Shown one piece after another: positions 61,301-64,000 of a stretch of 64,000 nucleotides of DNA. The notes below the pieces were generated by a model that was not told the origin of the DNA, made no database searches, and saw only the letters and a list, made by a program, of their open reading frames with translations. The stretch's first letter is position 1, and every line of letters begins with the position of its first letter. This DNA comes from Ignavibacteriota bacterium (GTDB lineage: Bacteria > Bacteroidota > Ignavibacteria > UBA10030): assembly GCA_963727825.1 (NCBI GenBank), contig CAVSHO010000011.1, positions 128,001 through 192,000 on the forward strand. The letters run 5' to 3'. The translations under genes were made by a program, and so were the position numbers.

Positions 61301-64000
61301 GTTATACCAGGTATCATATAGCGATCGTCCACCGGGCGCTTCGGCATTATTATATGTAAATCTTAATTTCGTGTTTATAGCTGAGTATCCAGCGCTGATC
61401 GTGAGTGTCCAATACTTGCTTAAAGTATTTGCGCCTTGATTCACAGTAGTTGCACTGATTTGGAGATTTCCGGTACCGGTTGCGGTAAAACCACCGATGG
61501 TAAGATCCAAAGGATCATAATACCCGCCTGACCCGACAGGATAAACGATGCCAATACCAGTACCGCCGGTTCCGCCTGCTTTTTGTAAATAACCGGTGCC
61601 ACTGGTTTGAATCATGGCTGTGGTACTATATGATCCTGCAATGGCATTTGCGGCTTGATTGCTTAGAAGTAAATTATAGTTGCCGATGGTTAAAACGCCG
61701 GAAGTCAGAGTCAAGGTACTGGAAACTGTGAGCGTGCAAGCCAGAACAACAGACATGCCGCTTGTCTGATTCAGTGTAAGATTGTTAAACGTCTGACTTG
61801 CTGCCGTTCCGTTAATGTTTTGCGAGCCAGTGCCATCGAAGACAACCGTTCCGGTTCCGTATGTAAACGTCCCACCGTTGTTCGTCCAGTCACCGGCGAT
61901 ATTGTGTGTAAATGCGCCACTTGTGAATGTTGTCCCCGATCCTATCACAACATTTCCACCGATAGTCAAACCGACAACTCCCGTTGTTGTTGCAGTGCCG
62001 CTTAATGTCAGATTGCCACCGATCGCAGTGGTGCCGGTTTGTAGAGTCTTAGCACCACTGTTACTGAGGGTGAGATTATAATAATTAGTATTAATAACTG
62101 TCTGTGTACCTGCATATCCGTAATTAACTGTATTTCCAGTTGCTGTGGCAATAAAATCCGCAGCTGGAATACCTGGAGTCCCTGTAAAATTAATATTTAT
62201 GGTGCCAGTGGTTCCATTAGTTAAGGTGCCTGTGCCAGATTGAGCTAATGCCGTTGTGACGGTTAATGTTCCATTGTTCGTATATGTACCGCTCACCGTG
62301 ACGCTCGGAATTGAAATGGGATTTGTTCCACCAATCGTTTTTGTGGCACCAGAGAATGTTTGCACACCCGTGCTGGCGGTGTATGTTCCGTTATTTGTGA
62401 GACTCCCCGCAATACCAACAACCGCTGCTCCATTTTCAGTTAATGTACCGTATATCGTAACATCGGAACTAAAGGTAAGTGCTTCTGCCACGCTTTCTGT
62501 AAAATTACCCCCACTATTAATAGTCACTGCGCCAGTAAATGTCTTTGTGCCGGTTGTAGAAGTTATTGAGAGTGTTCCGCTCATTCCTCCACCGACGGTG
62601 GTTGTACCGTTTACTGTCAAATTGAAACCTGCCACAGTAAATGTCGTTCCATCTCCAATAACAAGACTTCCGACGGTCAAACCAACGACTGTTGTCGCAG
62701 ATGCAGTTCCACTCAACGTCAAAGCACCGCTAATCGTTATCGTACCGGTTTGCAATGTTTTCGCACTGGTGTTGCTTAATGTTAAATTGTAATAATTAGT
62801 ATTAATAACTGTTTGTGTACCTGCATATCCGTAATTAACTGTATTTCCATTTGTTGTGGCAATAAAATCCGCAGCTGGAATACCTGGAGTCCCTGTAAAA
62901 TTAATATTTATGGTGCCGGCGGCTCCGTTAGTTAATGTGCCTGTGCCAGATTGAGCTAATGCTGTTGTGACGGTTAAAGTTCCATTGTTCGTATATGTAC
63001 CGCTCACCGTGACGCTCGGAATTGAAATGGTACTCGTTCCACCAATTGTTTTCAATGAACCAGAAAATGTATGCACACCCGTGTTTGCAGTGAACGTTCC
63101 GTTGTCTGTGAAATTACCGGCAACACTGACAGTCGCTGCCACGGATTCCGTTAGTGTGCCGCCGCTGTTTATGGTAATATCCGAACCAAATGTGACCGCG
63201 GCAACAGTACCACTCAATGTTATAGAACCGCCATTATTGATAGTTACAGCGCCTGTAAAGGTATATGTATGGTTCTGAGTAATAGATATTGGGCCGCTTA
63301 CAGAAGCAGTGCCACCCACACTAAAATTGAAATTTCCAATCGTGAGCGTCGTGCCGGAGCCGACGTTAAGATTGCCGCCGACAGCCAAATTGGACGTAGT
63401 AGTTGTCGATACTGTACCACTCAGAGTCATATTCCCGTTGATCGCTGTCGTATTGTTCTGCAGAACATCTGTTCCGCTTCCGCTTAATGTAAGATTATAA
63501 TAAGTCGTAGAATTAATCGTTTGTGATGCACCACTGTAATTAACCGTTCCGGCTGTATTGGCAGTAAGAGTGGTAATTGTAGGTACGGTGTTATCGCTAA
63601 TGTTAAGTGTACCAGTGTTGGTAAGAGCAGTAATTGTGCCCGAACTGACAAGGTTAGTTGTGCCAGAGTTGGTAATACCAGCAATAGTGCCAGTGCCATT
63701 GAGATTAAGCGTACCAGTGTTTGTAAAATTAGCAAGAGCTGTACTAATTGCACCAGAACCACTGATAGCTGTTGTTCCTGCATTTGTAAGAGTGGTAACT
63801 GAGCAAGTTCCACCAATATTCAGTGTGCCTGTCGAACTATTGCTCATTGTACCTGTACCAGCTAACGCTGTGCCAACAGTCAATGTTGCATTGTTTGTGT
63901 ACGTGCCGTTAACTGTGACGCTTGGGATGGAAATCGCATTTGTTCCGTTAATAGTCTTTGTCGTTCCGGAAAATGTATGCACACCTGTGCTGGCGGTGTA
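52370..64000 (-). CDS. Giant T9SS type A-sorted adhesin-like protein (>3870 aa, 5' end outside the window)
   Basis: G/T/N-rich repeats; SGDWN...W modules; GWNLVGNP; C-terminal QNYPNPFNP...KKMVVLK; frame open to the window end. Confidence 0.88.
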   Translation of the reverse strand, partial: YTASTGVHTFSGTTKTINGTNAISIPSVTVNGTYTNNATLTVGTALAGTGTMSNSSTGTLNIGGTCSVTTLTNAGTTAISGSGAISTALANFTNTGTLNLNGTGTIAGITNSGTTNLVSSGTITALTNTGTLNISDNTVPTITTLTANTAGTVNYSGASQTINSTTYYNLTLSGSGTDVLQNNTTAINGNMTLSGTVSTTTTSNLAVGGNLNVGSGTTLTIGNFNFSVGGTASVSGPISITQNHTYTFTGAVTINNGGSITLSGTVAAVTFGSDITINSGGTLTESVAATVSVAGNFTDNGTFTANTGVHTFSGSLKTIGGTSTISIPSVTVSGTYTNNGTLTVTTALAQSGTGTLTNGAAGTININFTGTPGIPAADFIATTNGNTVNYGYAGTQTVINTNYYNLTLSNTSAKTLQTGTITISGALTLSGTASATTVVGLTVGSLVIGDGTTFTVAGFNLTVNGTTTVGGGMSGTLSITSTTGTKTFTGAVTINSGGNFTESVAEALTFSSDVTIYGTLTENGAAVVGIAGSLTNNGTYTASTGVQTFSGATKTIGGTNPISIPSVTVSGTYTNNGTLTVTTALAQSGTGTLTNGTTGTININFTGTPGIPAADFIATATGNTVNYGYAGTQTVINTNYYNLTLSNSGAKTLQTGTTAIGGNLTLSGTATTTGVVGLTIGGNVVIGSGTTFTSGAFTHNIAGDWTNNGGTFTYGTGTVVFDGTGSQNINGTAASQTFNNLTLNQTSGMSVVLACTLTVSSTLTLTSGVLTIGNYNLLLSNQAANAIAGSYSTTAMIQTSGTGYLQKAGGTGGTGIGIVYPVGSGGYYDPLDLTIGGFTATGTGNLQISATTVNQGANTLSKYWTLTISAGYSAINTKLRFTYNNAEAPGGRSLYDTWYNGGSSWVSAPGTHTALAANPFGTDTSGASAASISGKWTAGSSAPSTSNTYYSYQSGDWNNASSWTSDPSGTTLINSGVPANSDIVTILNGRTISISANTKQVNTLTVNSGGILDIGSTTGHNFGTVSGQGKIKLSSNTFPGGTYTSFVASGGGTIEFYNLNGVSIPPATPSPFTYNNLIISNNTTSAISSYFFSNNAGPITYTINGNLSVKNYSSGTQTLYFGNLTPSDSLINMTVYGDFTVDAGCNVRVNNFATAHGIPNPTAVPALPVTYSGVHTLSLYGNLVNNGSIRFTGLPSPDSSAYYILTTTAWGGTNCGDVQVFFHGATNNTVTCNGTTDFFRLIVEKGTDKTYTLEVNSSSTSNFALYAPNNQGNNQFDGQPEGFGYGAYYKALFIHYGTLKLDANINVPSLTEGGQDFNIIPTAELWVNGATVSTTLSGVNGTGYQAATLYGTLRLSGGSFSMGDAAGMVLGTLGTPVIMIEGTGTLVASQVWTSTGGTNQMSYIQTGGTANFQLLGENHAGPMFGLSNVNSSFTMSGGTINFTNNTFSGGTTDFQIMDIESQAGNYNVTGGTININVPSSATVYTANSTVPFYNVNISNRTGTGTTTVQWNTPGSSLSVLHDLTIGNLSVLNLNTSTISLNVGHNFTISSGGTYTPSTTSTTTFNSTGAQAFNNVGTITGGLNNLTITNSSLTSIINNNVIVNGALFIDQNSVLNDSGETVTVYGNIINSGTHISRVSTGAIILTGTAAQTLSGNGAGIFNNLTLNKTGGSVTATANMAVTGNLRLAGTTTGVWNILNIGSYRLALGANSMVYSDVNIGTTFNNNKMIQTSGLLSDGGVSKTYANTLAFVFPFGFYTNATYYYMPHSIQFTTAPTAYGTVTTHPVNGRHPLAQGSNNALTCYWKATSTGFTGIPASSVINIYYYDYAASNYFVAGTEGNYVPALYNGSSWSSLTTSGVNTTTNQVTYNTSIADGEYTAGDPATAFGAIPTLYSVVSGPWNNANTWSTTRGGIGGGGTPTAGTLVIICSPYTVTTPVAASSSSLTIESGSTLDLGIINGHSFGSISTGSGTLRIASSTYFPAGDWGNFLGPSGGTVEYYQAAAGTLTLPTTYTLPGGGTANITGYYNLITSPYNASNIILPNSNLTIYNNLTAGCSSGGGTSNCITQINAGASSTTIEVKGNININQYGILQYQNNLAEYVIADNDINIASGGVLQVRNGGNSVANTLTVYGNIINNGTFDLDSNYPTNDNYYCTLIFTGSLSKSLTSTSTPTRTRLYGITVNKGTSKDSILNVNVDPTGFQMGGGGLNLQNGTFRLTSNVTMPLSVGGFSIPSTACLSANGGTFNIATGAAAADLSLVGRLEIIAGAVNIGPAIASASANAFNTVYASAGTPEIIISGGSLNVYSQIRRGTGTTSGSLNYTQTGGTVTIGGKNASTSRAVFEVLNGGSKFTVSNGTIIIANDINNSSPYDLYLDPDIENVTGGTIQFGYSGVTPASTLFYFQSSCSIGNLTLEATTKSSAIQEIYPLTLVGSLTIGGTSSYYNTNGLNVTIGGNLINNNTTSTVGLNVGGYQTQVLTQSTGFVGSTDQTITGTTSPSNITNFANLDVSTAAGHSISLSSSNITINGDLTLSSGTLNDNGNTITLLNNVNNNATHYSSSTSGGMIFKGTANQGMTGSGSGIFGNIEINNSGHGVNMTDNSTINGQLKFTNGNLYIDNYSLTFGQSVIIVGASGTNHVILNGVLGDIGVTKIFPNGASSFTYPIGANGKYTPCTYNFTANTNAAGATINVIPIDDLHPSINPANYSNYLNYYWKVVTTGFSPSTYNVTHSYTYIPADVTGSPANIERCDNSTAAWTTVTPGTISSPTFSFSSTSLLDGSYTIGDQFISLPILYSTKSGNWNDATVWSPSFVPNGHSVVINAPHTVTISVNGALASSVDIEGVLDATNTVSNNIGQVSGTGKIRMSPTGSAIFIFPGGSYDLFLANLPSTVEFYGNTDGTMPLNPGNINKPYQQVIFSGTGKKYISSVDTKINGNITISDGSRLDNTLYNKDLFVLGNWIDQNTSIAGFTAGTGAVHFSGSAAQSILMSGNSMKETFYDLEINNAAGLTINTGTVDISDQLLLTLGNINFNNIANNILTITNTSSSAVVGGSDNSFVNGPLSKKIINGSSFQFPVGDANSSSRNRIGYVSVNSTSTSGTQTWTAQFFDKDPTTAGYNTTQMVSPLQSVVNNEYWNIIGPSGGSANVVLSWDQYTGMSSSASTRALTRVVEWLIPWNAVGQVVTDNGQTSGTVATSTLVNLDNHFFTIGGINIMPLLITSIASGDWSNAATWNYRVPMSIDTVHISNNFADTLNTSVTITSLIVDNGGSFDNNNSFSVTNNVYIGSGSNLKIESGASISAGKIIINEGSNYINLSSSAPTLQVMYTITGTEGWRMLAAPDSVTVSSMFAAPFVTQGFTGSSYPSLQPNLLWWDETSQGTSLQAWRMDSVAVKLGRGYMYYVFNGALRPDIASNYSDVLPLTMTATGTENLLTSAFDFGVTATPVGSNDTSKSKTFTDIDSIDGGWNLVGNPTPSTINWNAGSGWTKTNIDGTIYIWDPATSNYKYWNGSTGNITGGLITPFQAFWVKANAASPSLKCDNRVKATGGNFLGKKSAGKGTLASVSPDSAGKKSTSIAKPASLAKNTSDKKSLGINDSAPVLELELSANGLQTQAYLMFSPSGKITYDPYDAFSLVPLSDNYLILYSVAGTGQPAMQIQNLPDTGFVQPFTLPLYVGGTVGGQPFNGSFTLSWNLNGQLPVGWNIFLMDDVSGTAASMIEAGDLTFQYTTPADLISSSSSLLQKGSGVASNRQSLHALPQPVVQTVPAAKLAKSSASESRFRLVVSANNSLSGYFPTTPQLAQNYPNPFNPTTNITFSIPAQTRVTIRVFNILGQQVATVTDQEYSAGNHLVVWNASNVASGVYFCRMTAAEKTQTKKMVVLK
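62030..63095 (-). repeat. 711-bp-period internal tandem repeat in the adhesin
   Basis: Identical blocks at 62081/62792 and 62281/62992. Confidence 0.8.

Noticed and set aside
53235-63816. Many ORFs overlapping the giant adhesin
   Set aside because: Antisense or alternate-frame shadows caused by G/T/N codon bias.

Overview
AT-rich bacterial window that looks like Ignavibacteria/Bacteroidota-Chlorobi (T9SS C-terminal sorting domains, gene content). The core backbone carries waaF, an lpxL-like gene, yjbQ, GH13, GH57, HU, GH51, rlhA, DUF1385, prfA, tadA and ygiQ. It has four intact tRNAs: Arg-CCG, Asp-GTC, Arg-ACG and Arg-TCG. Three small tyrosine-integrase islands sit on the 5' side of Arg-CCG, Asp and Arg-ACG. 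Each duplicates the tRNA 5' part and brings its own promoter for the rebuilt tRNA. The Asp island holds an integron-like attC cassette array bounded by 170-bp inverted repeats, with no IntI in the window. Around tRNA-Asp and tRNA-Arg(ACG) are tRNA fragments fused to TCCCG...CGGGA hairpins, and a small GIY-YIG nuclease gene is embedded in the tRNA-Asp array. Also present: an IS1-family transporter IS with passenger genes, an IS1-like MITE, and a chaperone/usher-like (DUF4402) pilus cluster coupled to a giant T9SS adhesin. At least seven single-base frameshifts suggest assembly indel errors. All calls come from reading the sequence by eye; no searches were run.
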